DNA of 64,000 nt from a virus, in the IMG/VR virus record IMGVR_UViG_3300045988_063800, positions 1 to 64,000 of that record; one strand, 5' to 3'. A program made the position numbers and the translations under genes. The notes under the pieces are model-generated. The model saw only the letters and a program-made list of their open reading frames with translations, ran no database searches and was not told the DNA's origin. Positions 43,136 through 51,340 of this stretch are shown one piece after another (the first letter of the stretch is position 1; each line of letters starts with the position of its first letter).

Positions 43136-43528
43136 TTAGCGACGGAAACGGCTCATATCCACGCCGTAAATCTTCGCAAGGCGCAGAATACCATTGGCGA
43201 TGCGCTCAAACCATGTACGTACAAACTGCGAGGTTCTTGCGTCTGTTCTGCAATAACCCCACTCCGTGCCAACCTTGGCAATGTCATAGTTGGTAAAGGC
43301 TACGTTCACGGTAGAGCAAAGACCGGCAATCCATTCAGTCAGCAAATCAAGAGCGGACATTCTGCGTCTGTCATCTTTAAATTTCTCTACATAGAACGTG
43401 TCAAGCGCAAACTCAATGCGTTCCTTGTCAGACATAGACTCTACATCTACATCATCGGAAGATATGGAGTCAAGGATGTAAGCATACATTTTGCCGTTCA
43501 CTTTGTAATCTCGTGGGTGCTTTTTCAT
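43136..43528 (-). CDS. hypothetical protein
   Basis: 130-aa track ORF with a cassette start. Confidence 0.6.
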   Translation of the reverse strand: MKKHPRDYKVNGKMYAYILDSISSDDVDVESMSDKERIEFALDTFYVEKFKDDRRRMSALDLLTEWIAGLCSTVNVAFTNYDIAKVGTEWGYCRTDARTSQFVRTWFERIANGILRLAKIYGVDMSRFRR

Positions 43529-43592
43529 AATCCTAAAATTTTAAATGGTTGATAAAATGAACCCGTGACAAAACGTAACGGGTTGTTCAAAC

Positions 43593-43775
43593 TCAATCGT
43601 GATAAGCAATGGCTACAATCTCAACCATAGCGTCGTGAAAATCATTCTCAGATTTCGGATCATTGTAGTCGGTCATACGTGCGTTGTGCATCTTGCGAGC
43701 TGCAATCTTTGCCTTGTTTATCTGATACATCAACGAACGTTCAAAATTCTTGTCGCAATTTCTGTCTCTTAGCAT
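43593..43775 (-). CDS. small hypothetical protein
   Basis: 60-aa track ORF with a cassette start. Confidence 0.45.
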   Translation of the reverse strand: MLRDRNCDKNFERSLMYQINKAKIAARKMHNARMTDYNDPKSENDFHDAMVEIVAIAYHD

Positions 43776-43829
43776 AATTCAATGATTTATTTGGTTAATA
43801 GTAGCGGAGTTGTATCTCCGCTGTTTAGG

Positions 43830-43994
43830 CTATCTGCCGAAGTATTTGCGCTCGAAATCTTCGTAACTCTCGCAGTTGAAGACAACCGCAACGCATTTCA
43901 AACCACGGGCAATTAAACTCTGTTTGACTTCTTTTGTAAGTTGTTCGCCTGTGTACACCTCGAAAGGAGGGAACACGAAATAATTCTGTGTCAT
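43830..43994 (-). CDS. small hypothetical protein (54 aa)
   Basis: Hand-translated as MTQNYFVFPPFEVYTGEQLTKEVKQSLIARGLKCVAVVFNCESYEDFERKYFGR, with a TAG stop in a TAGCCTAAA box. Confidence 0.45.
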   Translation of the reverse strand: MTQNYFVFPPFEVYTGEQLTKEVKQSLIARGLKCVAVVFNCESYEDFERKYFGR

Positions 43995-44054
43995 AATAAT
44001 TCTGTTTGGTTAATGGCAGACGGCACGAATTATCGTACCGCCCGATTTTAGGCT

Positions 44055-44222
44055 CTACGGCTCGATGCGTGAAAATACGGCGTAGGTATGTCTGCCTGTC
44101 TCGCTCTTCTTCATAAGCTCCGCAAACTTCACTGCGTCCTCAAGGGTTGCAAACTCGCGCACGACTTTCGGTGTAAAACTCGGGTAAAACTCAAGCACTA
44201 CAAAATTTTTCTCTGTGTTCAT
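44055..44222 (-). CDS. small hypothetical protein (55 aa)
   Basis: Track ORF 44055-44255. The cassette ATG is at 44222 (MNTEKNFVVLEF). Confidence 0.45.
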   Translation of the reverse strand: MNTEKNFVVLEFYPSFTPKVVREFATLEDAVKFAELMKKSETGRHTYAVFSRIEP

Positions 44223-44269
44223 AATTCTTTGATTTGGTTGGTTAATAGACCCCACAATCGTGGGGATTT

Positions 44270-44560
44270 TTAGGCTGCGGACTTATCTTTTACGTACTTC
44301 GCAAGGCTCTCGAACGTTTCGTCGTTCTCCTCTGCATCGAAAAAATCGTAAAATCTGAAAGTCACGACGCGGCAATCCCTGCTCTCGCCCTTCTTGTCGC
44401 TCGTGCTGCAAACATCTACATAAAAGCTGTAGCCGGAGGAGTAAAACTCAATGCACATGCCTACATGATTGTTAAAATACATATCACGCTGCATCTTCTG
44501 AACCTTAGGGAGAATTTCCTTTGCGAGTCTTCTCGCCTCTGTGAGTCTTTTTTCTGTCAT
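44270..44560 (-). CDS. hypothetical protein
   Basis: 96-aa track ORF with a cassette start. The stop is GCC TAA. Confidence 0.55.
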   Translation of the reverse strand: MTEKRLTEARRLAKEILPKVQKMQRDMYFNNHVGMCIEFYSSGYSFYVDVCSTSDKKGESRDCRVVTFRFYDFFDAEENDETFESLAKYVKDKSAA

Positions 44561-44611
44561 AATTCTGTGATTTAATTGGTTAATACTGCGGGAGGCTCAG
44601 AACCTCCCTTT

Positions 44612-44929
44612 TTAGACCAGTAGCTCAAACCCTAAAATGCTATTGACAAACTTTGCGTCGCCTGTACAAAAGCGTCCTGGGCGTGTAAAATTACCGCCTT
44701 TCTTGTAGTAGATGCGTGTGGCGTAAAATCCAGCGTTCACGCTGTATCTCACATCGTACACCGACGTTCTCGTCAAGATGTAATGCTTGTGTTCGTACAG
44801 CCATTGCGCCTCTGCTTTGTGTACGGATATTCTCCCGAGCCTTACCTGTAGCTCAGGATTCAACCGAGCTTCGTTGAGAGCGCAACAATCGCACACGTCA
44901 TCGAATCGTTTTGCGTTCAAATTAATCAT
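44612..44929 (-). CDS. hypothetical protein
   Basis: 105-aa track ORF. Confidence 0.55.
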   Translation of the reverse strand: MINLNAKRFDDVCDCCALNEARLNPELQVRLGRISVHKAEAQWLYEHKHYILTRTSVYDVRYSVNAGFYATRIYYKKGGNFTRPGRFCTGDAKFVNSILGFELLV

Positions 44930-44982
44930 ATCATTATAAATTTATTGGTTAATAGTCCGTGCGCATGATTGCGCACAGGGTT

Positions 44983-45117
44983 TTAGACAATGTAAGCCAC
45001 GGTAAGAAATTTGCCGTCGTAACCAAGGAACTCAACGTGTGTGTAGATTTCCTGCATCTTCGCGAATACGCTCTCCATGAACAGAGAACCCTCGCACTTA
45101 ATTCTTCGTGTTGCCAT
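44983..45117 (-). CDS. small hypothetical protein (44 aa)
   Basis: Hand-translated as MATRRIKCEGSLFMESVFAKMQEIYTHVEFLGYDGKFLTVAYIV, with a cassette start. Confidence 0.4.
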   Translation of the reverse strand: MATRRIKCEGSLFMESVFAKMQEIYTHVEFLGYDGKFLTVAYIV

Positions 45118-45186
45118 AATTCATTTGTTTTTATTAGTTATTTATCGTACTGCCTAATTTGCAGGCAGTTTTTTAGGCTGAATTTT

Positions 45187-45381
45187 TCAGAACACAAAAT
45201 CCACGTAAACAAGGCGTGAACCTTTGAACTCGCTCCAATAATTCACATTGTCGTACTTGTACGCCTCGAATTTTTGGGAACTTCTGTTGTACTCGTCACG
45301 CACCCAAACGGGAGCGGACTCCGAATTTGCCAAGCGGAAAAACTCGCCACGCTTGACTCTGCGCATTTCTATCTGTCTCAT
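45187..45381 (-). CDS. small hypothetical protein (64 aa)
   Basis: The cassette ATG at 45381 (MRQIEMRRVKRGEFF...) lies inside track ORF 45187-45612. Confidence 0.45.
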   Translation of the reverse strand: MRQIEMRRVKRGEFFRLANSESAPVWVRDEYNRSSQKFEAYKYDNVNYWSEFKGSRLVYVDFVF

Positions 45382-45463
45382 AATTCTGTAAGGTTGATTT
45401 ATCGTACTGCCCCATATAGCAGGGCAGCATTTAGGCTGAAAGTTTCCAAGCACAATTTTCGTA

Positions 45464-45712
45464 CTAATCACTCTCCACGTTGCAGCCGAGCAGGAATTTT
45501 TCCAAGCGCAGCGTACTGCGATACAGCTCAACGCTGAACCAACGACCGTTTTTCGTACTCGTCCAAAGATACCACACAAACAGAGCGTAGAAAATTCCAA
45601 GCACATTTCCAATTATCGTACCGCTTACAAGCAACACGCACGGGAGCAGCTGAATAATTCCAAGCACAATTATCGTACTTGAATAGATAATCTGTCTTTT
45701 CTTCATAATCAT
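45464..45712 (-). CDS. small membrane protein with internally repeated TM modules
   Basis: 82-aa track ORF. STIIVLGII and GTIIGNVLGIF are encoded by the repeated DNA motif TTCCAAGCACA..TCGTAC. Confidence 0.5.
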   Translation of the reverse strand: MIMKKRQIIYSSTIIVLGIIQLLPCVLLVSGTIIGNVLGIFYALFVWYLWTSTKNGRWFSVELYRSTLRLEKFLLGCNVESD

Positions 45713-45760
45713 AGAATTTTATTGGTTAATAGTTGGTAGCCTGTCGGCTACCATTTTAGG

Positions 45761-46027
45761 CTAATCGCTCACGTTGAAGAACAACAGCTCCGTGTCCTCG
45801 AATATATCAAGGCACAAATCAGGCTTGAGCCAACGGAAATAATAGAGCGTATCGCCACGCTTCTTGTACACGGCTATCCAAACGCCTGCGGGCAGCGTGC
45901 GGTTTTCGTTCGTTCCGTAAAACTCTCCTGTATTCACAGGTTCGAGGTGCATGTAGATATTCCACTGAGTGTTATCCAATCCCTCACGATTGATTGCGTC
46001 GAGCACTTTGAATGTCTTTAATGTCAT
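45761..46027 (-). CDS. hypothetical protein
   Basis: 88-aa track ORF with a cassette start. Confidence 0.55.
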   Translation of the reverse strand: MTLKTFKVLDAINREGLDNTQWNIYMHLEPVNTGEFYGTNENRTLPAGVWIAVYKKRGDTLYYFRWLKPDLCLDIFEDTELLFFNVSD

Positions 46028-46085
46028 AATCCTAAATTTATTGGTTATTGTTCCCTACAATCGTAGGGAGATTTTAAGGCGTTAG

Positions 46086-46229
46086 TCACTCTATCCACGT
46101 GCCGCCGTGAAACGTCAGGTTGTGTCCGTTCCACGTTCCGCGCCAGCGTCCGTCTTTCAATTCTGTTACGTCTACTTCTGCGTACCGCGTTGAGCCGTCG
46201 CAAAGAATAATCATTTCTTTCTCGTTCAT
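46086..46229 (-). CDS. small hypothetical protein (47 aa); first ORF of the cassette array
   Basis: Track ORF 46086-46268. The cassette ATG is at 46229 (MNEKEMIILCDG). Confidence 0.4.
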   Translation of the reverse strand: MNEKEMIILCDGSTRYAEVDVTELKDGRWRGTWNGHNLTFHGGTWIE

Positions 46230-46605
46230 AATTCTAAAATTTGTTGGTTTGTAGTAGAGCAGCCACAAGGACTGCCCTATTTGCCTGAGACGTGCATCTT
46301 GGCACCGTGTTTGTCTTTATCGTCCTTACTCACGGCTCACATCTCACGGATTTCACGCATCCGTTACGCCCTGTTTCTTTGCAGCTGACAGGTAACTGCA
46401 TTTCCTTTTGGTATGCCCTTTTGCGTATAGCTCACTGCAACCACCACGTTGCAGACGATTTAGCGAGTAACCAGCTCGCACGCTCGTGACACGTTAGAAT
46501 ATGAATTATGAATAACTCCCAAAGTTTCAAATTTTGCAGTTCGAGAAATTCCCGCCTATTTCCTTACAGGAAAAATCTCGCTTGCAAAATCCCATAACAA
46601 AGGGC

Positions 46606-46628
46606 GTGACACGTCCGACACGTGTCAC
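46606..46628. promoter_or_regulatory. operator-like perfect inverted repeat GTGACACGT-N5-ACGTGTCAC
   Basis: It lies in the 600-bp non-coding gap upstream of the cassette array. A further GTGACACGT half-site is at 46486-46494. Confidence 0.4.
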
Positions 46629-46826
46629 CATTTATTAAAATAAATCTGTAGATCGATTGCTTTTAGATTTTAGCACGTTGCACAGAAAAAGCACAACGAG
46701 GAACACCCACACACCACGATGAGGTATCTAAAAACGTGTGGGAAAATAAGAAAACAGAGAAAAACGGTGGGGAAAAATAAGGACACAAAAAACCGCTTGC
46801 AACTCAAAATGAATTGCAAGAAAAAT

Positions 46827-46859
46827 CCAGGTGGAGCGGCTGTTTGCCGCTCCACTTGG
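46827..46859 (-). terminator. rho-independent terminator after 46878-47477
   Basis: On the minus strand: CCAAGTGGAGCGGC-AAACA-GCCGCTCCACCTGG, followed by ATTTTTCTT. Confidence 0.6.
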
Positions 46860-46877
46860 ATCACGTCCGGCGCCGGC

Positions 46878-47477
46878 TTATAGCTTAAGCATTCCGGCGA
46901 GGTACATTTGTTCGGCTTGCTCCTTTGTTATACCGAACTTTGCCACGGCTGCGTTTAGTGCACGTTCTTTGCGTGCCAACTCATTAGAGCGTTTCGCATA
47001 CTGCTGCATGAATGTGAACGCCTTGACAACAAAAGAGTTAACCCTGTTAGCGGTGTTCACCATGTTCGGCAACTTGTCAACAAGCCCTAGACCATACAGG
47101 CGGCGATAGTTGAACCATGTTGCCGTGTTGGTTCGTTGTGCGACTTCTGCAACCGCAACCGCAACCGCTTTTTTAAACGCCTTGAGCGTTAGTTTGTTGG
47201 CGTTGGCTGTTTTCAGCTGGTACGCCTCGAAACGTTCTTTAGCTTTCTCGTGTTCGGTTCTGAGTTGCTTGTAGCGGTCGTCGCTTTCGTTTGCGTCGTC
47301 TAAAACTTCTTTTAGACAGGTTGCGAGTTCTTTCGTCTCGTCTTCTGCAACCGCTTCCACCCACGGCAAAAACATCTTAGTGTAACTTGGATTTTCCTCC
47401 TCCTTTGCCAACTTCTGGGCGTTCTCAACTGTGTTGATTAATTCAGAGTTTCTGTTTTCTACTTTAGTTGCTTTCAT
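46878..47477 (-). CDS. hypothetical coiled-coil protein
   Basis: 199-aa track ORF with a cassette-type start (CATAATTCT) and its own terminator. Confidence 0.6.
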   Translation of the reverse strand: MKATKVENRNSELINTVENAQKLAKEEENPSYTKMFLPWVEAVAEDETKELATCLKEVLDDANESDDRYKQLRTEHEKAKERFEAYQLKTANANKLTLKAFKKAVAVAVAEVAQRTNTATWFNYRRLYGLGLVDKLPNMVNTANRVNSFVVKAFTFMQQYAKRSNELARKERALNAAVAKFGITKEQAEQMYLAGMLKL

Positions 47478-48558
47478 AATTCTATATATTTAAATTGGTG
47501 AATAAATTCTAATTACTTCTAAAGTCTTTGCAGCAACCAAAGGAAACGACTAATTTTGCAGTGGTGAATAAATTAGAGCGTTCCACGCTTTAGTTGCTGG
47601 CGGCGTGGTCTACGTTGGTAGGCTGCGCCGCTTTAGTGTATCACTATTTTAAAGACCGCCACGCCACAGGGTTATTACCTTCGCCCTGTGCGTTGTCGTG
47701 GGTGTTTCTCCCTATCGACGCTACAAAGGTACGAAGATTTTCGACCAAAAGCAAATATATTAACACATATAACATTACTATAACTGACTGATTTTCAGCG
47801 TGTTATACATTTTAACAACGGTTAATTCTTATAATATAGCACAATATTTGGTTAATTTACGTTTAACAAATTCAGAAACAAGCCGAATTTAAATGTATTT
47901 AACAAGTCGTGAAACATTATATTTATACACATTAGAAATTAATATAAATGTATAAAGTGCTGATTTTCAAGCGGTTACAACTTTATATAATATTAGGCAA
48001 GCGTGAAACATAAAATGTACGTTTAACACTTATTAACGTTATATTATTGCATATAATATAAAGAAAACAGGGTGCACCCCCCCTGAGAATTGGCTATTTG
48101 CCAAAATAGTCACCTCTTTTAAAAATTTTTTCTTCCGATTTTTGGTTAAGTGTAAACTTATGTTCCTATTTGTTAAAAACTGTAAACTTGTATATTTATG
48201 TATATTCAGTTTTATTAACTTCCTGGCGGTCGAAACCGGGAAGTGGAACGTCTGTCTGTCGCCGAATAGCTATGTATATTTATTATACACTCGATGTAGG
48301 ATAAAAATGCACCAAAAACCTCGTATTTATGGGAGTTTGTGTATGATTGTAGAACTTATTTTGTACCTTCGTTTCAGAGGCATGTGAGGATAGGGGTTGA
48401 GAACCTTATCATACACTACCTACACAAACCCCGTGTTTATCTGGGATTTGGCTGCATTTGGAACCTACATTAATCGTTCATTTTCTGTTAATCGGAATTG
48501 ACCGTCTCTACAGTCTGGTTTTATCAGATGCAAAAGTAGTAAAATTAATTGTAAAAGT

Positions 48559-48792
48559 ATGGAAAACGGAATGGAAAGACTCGGAAAAGAGTTGGAGGAG
48601 GAAAGGATGGCGATGATTAAGCGTCGCAGATGGCGCAGGCGTTTCAAGTTGTTGATGGTATTCGGAGTGATAATGTTTTCTATTTCTGCCGTAACGGCTG
48701 CATTCACCAAGTCATTGGTAGCTGGATTTATGGTACTGGGTATTGTATGTATACTCTCCTATCCGCTTTATCAATTATATAACGAATGTTAA
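48559..48792 (+). CDS. small membrane protein
   Basis: 77-aa ORF with 2 TM segments. It is the first gene of the rightward block. Confidence 0.5.
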   Translation: MENGMERLGKELEEERMAMIKRRRWRRRFKLLMVFGVIMFSISAVTAAFTKSLVAGFMVLGIVCILSYPLYQLYNEC

Positions 48793-49103
48793 TTATGGGA
48801 TTTTTTAAGAAAGAGAAGAAAGAGGTAGTGGACGTGCAGCCATTCAGCACTCCCTATGAGTCTAAGACAAACGAGTCCTGCGACGGTCTGACCCGTGCGA
48901 TGGACAATGCAGCGGATGTGGCTACGATGCGCCATGTACTGTTGCAGTTCTCCAATTGGTTCAAGAGTGACTTCAAGGAGTTGCCGCTTCTGCAAGCAGA
49001 CCCGTTTGTTGACGACTGGTGCAACGGCATGACGAGAATGATATATGACTATATGTCAGACATTACAAAGAAACAAGAAGGTAAAAACAAGAACGAGATA
49101 TGA
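48786..49103 (+). CDS. hypothetical protein
   Basis: 105-aa track ORF. Confidence 0.5.
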   Translation: MLIMGFFKKEKKEVVDVQPFSTPYESKTNESCDGLTRAMDNAADVATMRHVLLQFSNWFKSDFKELPLLQADPFVDDWCNGMTRMIYDYMSDITKKQEGKNKNEI

Positions 49104-49510
49104 AACAGGAGTTATTGGATGATTTGCAGCGTCTGCTGAAATGCCCTATACCAAAGACAGAGTGCGCTGATAGAGCTTTGTTTGATGGCGCGTTGAGCGG
49201 ATGGAAGGATGAGGCGTACGACCTGAAAAGAGAATTGAACAACGGTGATCCGACTGATACTAAATGGCTGAAGCGTCCGATAAAAGTCGAAATGCTGCCT
49301 CGCGGTTTAGGCCGTCTCTGTCTTGACAACTTCGGGCAGTACGCTCAGAAATACTACAATGCGGCCATCACGTTCCGCCGCCTCATGTACACGCTCATTT
49401 ACTATCATGCGCAGTCTAACCCCACAAACAAAGACAGAAACGCCTACGAGCTTGCGCTGCGCGAGATGGAGGAGATATGGGTGCCGTTCAAAGAAAGGAG
49501 TAGCAATTGA
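49100..49510 (+). CDS. hypothetical protein
   Basis: 136-aa track ORF with an ATGA overlap. Confidence 0.55.
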   Translation: MKQELLDDLQRLLKCPIPKTECADRALFDGALSGWKDEAYDLKRELNNGDPTDTKWLKRPIKVEMLPRGLGRLCLDNFGQYAQKYYNAAITFRRLMYTLIYYHAQSNPTNKDRNAYELALREMEEIWVPFKERSSN

Positions 49511-49523
49511 TAGTAATTCGGGG

Positions 49524-49703
49524 ATGATAAAGATAATAAACAGACTTGCCGACAGCGGATTTGCCAAGGTTGGATTTCGTGAGGTTACTCCTTGCGAACT
49601 ATGGAATAAGGTTGTAGATAATCATATCGTTGAAGTTTACGGCTTAGATAATAATTCTGACAACCGCGAAATGTTAATGGATTTTTTACAAAGAAATGAG
49701 TAG
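49524..49703 (+). CDS. small hypothetical protein (59 aa)
   Basis: Internal ATG (MIKIINRLADSG...) of track ORF 49323-49703. The upstream part overlaps 49100-49510. Confidence 0.45.
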   Translation: MIKIINRLADSGFAKVGFREVTPCELWNKVVDNHIVEVYGLDNNSDNREMLMDFLQRNE

Positions 49704-49708
49704 TAACA

Positions 49709-50500
49709 ATGATTAACAGAGAGGACATTAAGAAGGGCTTGAAGTTTAGTCTGCCCAATAACAAAATCAGATACAAGCATCAAGCGGAGGGTTGTTGTGA
49801 CGCCTCCAAAACTTTTGGACCCGTTAGGTATTTCACCACGCTGAAAACTTCGGACGGAAACAAAAACTATGTGACATCCAAAATACCGCTTTTCGAGGTG
49901 TGCGGCGGTCCGAAGCGGATAAGCTTAGCCGACAAGAAAGACCCACATTGCGCACGGGTCGGCGAGTACATCAAGGTTCGCAGCGAGGCACTCGGAAATC
50001 AATCGTTCTACATGCCTATTAACGACGTGATGCAACGCGGAAGACGTGCAATAGACGCTGACCTCCACCCTATTTTGAGTACGGAGTACCCGAAGAACAA
50101 CTGGGCGTACAACTTTATTCGTGGTGGCAGTCGTAGCGGCGGGAAAAAATACCGTATGGAGCATTACGGATGTTCCCTTGATCCGATTGACGTTCTTTCA
50201 AAGCTTTCCGCGTTTACTGAACAGCCAACTGGAGATGCCGATGCGTTCCGCGACATTACCAACGGTATGTACGACACCTTCAAGGCGAAGAACCACGACT
50301 ACGGCAATAGCTTCTCGGAATTGTTTGCGGAGTGCGGTATGACATACGCCTACGGACACCTGTCCGAGAAGCTAAAGCGCGTGAAGTCTCTGATGTCTGA
50401 CGAGGCGAAGGTGAAGGACGAGAGTATGAAAGACTCCCTGCTTGACCTTGCGAACTATGCGATACTTACGATTATGGAACTTAATAAAACAAGGAAGTGA
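49709..50500 (+). CDS. protein with C-terminal DUF1599-like (nucleotide-modification-associated) domain
   Basis: The C-terminal part FKAKNHDYGNSFSELF...GHLSEKLKRVKSLM...DSLLDLANYAILTIMEL resembles DUF1599 (from memory). Confidence 0.5.
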   Translation: MINREDIKKGLKFSLPNNKIRYKHQAEGCCDASKTFGPVRYFTTLKTSDGNKNYVTSKIPLFEVCGGPKRISLADKKDPHCARVGEYIKVRSEALGNQSFYMPINDVMQRGRRAIDADLHPILSTEYPKNNWAYNFIRGGSRSGGKKYRMEHYGCSLDPIDVLSKLSAFTEQPTGDADAFRDITNGMYDTFKAKNHDYGNSFSELFAECGMTYAYGHLSEKLKRVKSLMSDEAKVKDESMKDSLLDLANYAILTIMELNKTRK

Positions 50501-50501
50501 T

Positions 50502-50738
50502 ATGGCGAAGATTGTTTTAGACCCCGAGGAAAGCGCAATAGAAGCATTTGCCAAACTATTCTTTAGTGCTACAAGAAACATGGGGCTTTCGGACAAAGAG
50601 GCGCGTGAAGCACTCAAAAACTCCATTGAGGCAGCAGAAAATGCTCCGGCCGAGGAGAAGTATGATTGGTATGGGTCGCCTGCGAATATCGAACGGATAT
50701 TACAAAGAGAGTTCAACAATGAAATGCAGAAAAAATGA
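50502..50738 (+). CDS. small hypothetical protein
   Basis: ATG at 50502 (MAKIVLDPEE) within track ORF 50442-50738. Confidence 0.5.
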   Translation: MAKIVLDPEESAIEAFAKLFFSATRNMGLSDKEAREALKNSIEAAENAPAEEKYDWYGSPANIERILQREFNNEMQKK

Positions 50739-51340
50739 CTAAGGACTGGAACGGAAACGGCAAGAGCACCTTCATAACAATCGGTGCGAGCAACCACACG
50801 GACAAGGAGCGTGAGGAGCACGACTTCTACAGCACTGACCCTGTGGCGATTGACAGACTTGTCCGCAGCTTCGAGCTTCCGAAGAAGATATGGGAGTGTG
50901 CTTGTGGTACTGGATGCTTGTCAGAGCGTCTTGTTGACTTCGGGCACGATGTCGTGAGTACCGACCTTATAGACCGAGGCTACGGCGGTGTGCAGGACTT
51001 CTTCAAGGCAGACGCGATGCCCGACGGCTGCGAGTGCATACTTACTAACCCACCCTACAAGTACGCATTGGAGTTCGTGCTGCACTCGCTTGACTTGCTT
51101 CCCGAAGGAGGTTTGTGTGTGATGTTTCTCAAGACAACGTTCCTGGAGGGTCAGAAACGCTACGAGAGGCTCTATAAGAACACGCCACCTAAGTACGTAC
51201 TGCAATTCTCAAAGAGAGTGTTGTGCGCAAAGAACGGCAAGTTCGCTGCAATGCGCAATGGGGGGGGTAGTGCAGTCAGCTACGCATGGTTTGTATGGGA
51301 GAAAGGTTACAACGGAGAAACAACCGTAAAATGGATATGA
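50735..51340 (+). CDS. DNA methyltransferase (NPPY type, N6-A or N4-C), orphan
   Basis: WECACGTGCLSERL is a SAM motif I. ILTNPPYKY is catalytic motif IV. No restriction partner is seen nearby. Confidence 0.8.
   Translation: MTKDWNGNGKSTFITIGASNHTDKEREEHDFYSTDPVAIDRLVRSFELPKKIWECACGTGCLSERLVDFGHDVVSTDLIDRGYGGVQDFFKADAMPDGCECILTNPPYKYALEFVLHSLDLLPEGGLCVMFLKTTFLEGQKRYERLYKNTPPKYVLQFSKRVLCAKNGKFAAMRNGGGSAVSYAWFVWEKGYNGETTVKWI

Larger units (their letters stand above)
31452..47520 (-). promoter_or_regulatory. array of >=30 conserved inter-ORF junction cassettes: (A/C)GCCTAAA - hairpin - (T)ATTAACCAA(A/T) - N6-12 - AGAATT-ATG
   Basis: On the + strand each junction reads CATAATTCT..TTTGGTTAATA..[perfect 6-10 bp hairpin]..TTTTAGGC(T/G). 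Examples are at 38341-38393, 38669-38724, 39154-39212, 44220-44275 and 45706-45763. The hairpin sequence differs in every copy; the flanking boxes are conserved. Confidence 0.7.

Noticed and set aside
31452-47520. An integron-like attC cassette array. The TTAGGC / GCCTAA boxes resemble the integron core GTTRRRY / RYYYAAC, and a tyrosine recombinase lies at one end.
   Set aside because: - The two conserved boxes flanking each hairpin (ATTAACCAAA and GCCTAAA) are not complementary to each other as R'/R'' must be.
- The hairpins are short, perfect stems without extrahelical bases.
- The recombinase is co-oriented with the array and downstream of most of it, not divergent with an attI/Pc.
- The idea is kept only as an analogy.
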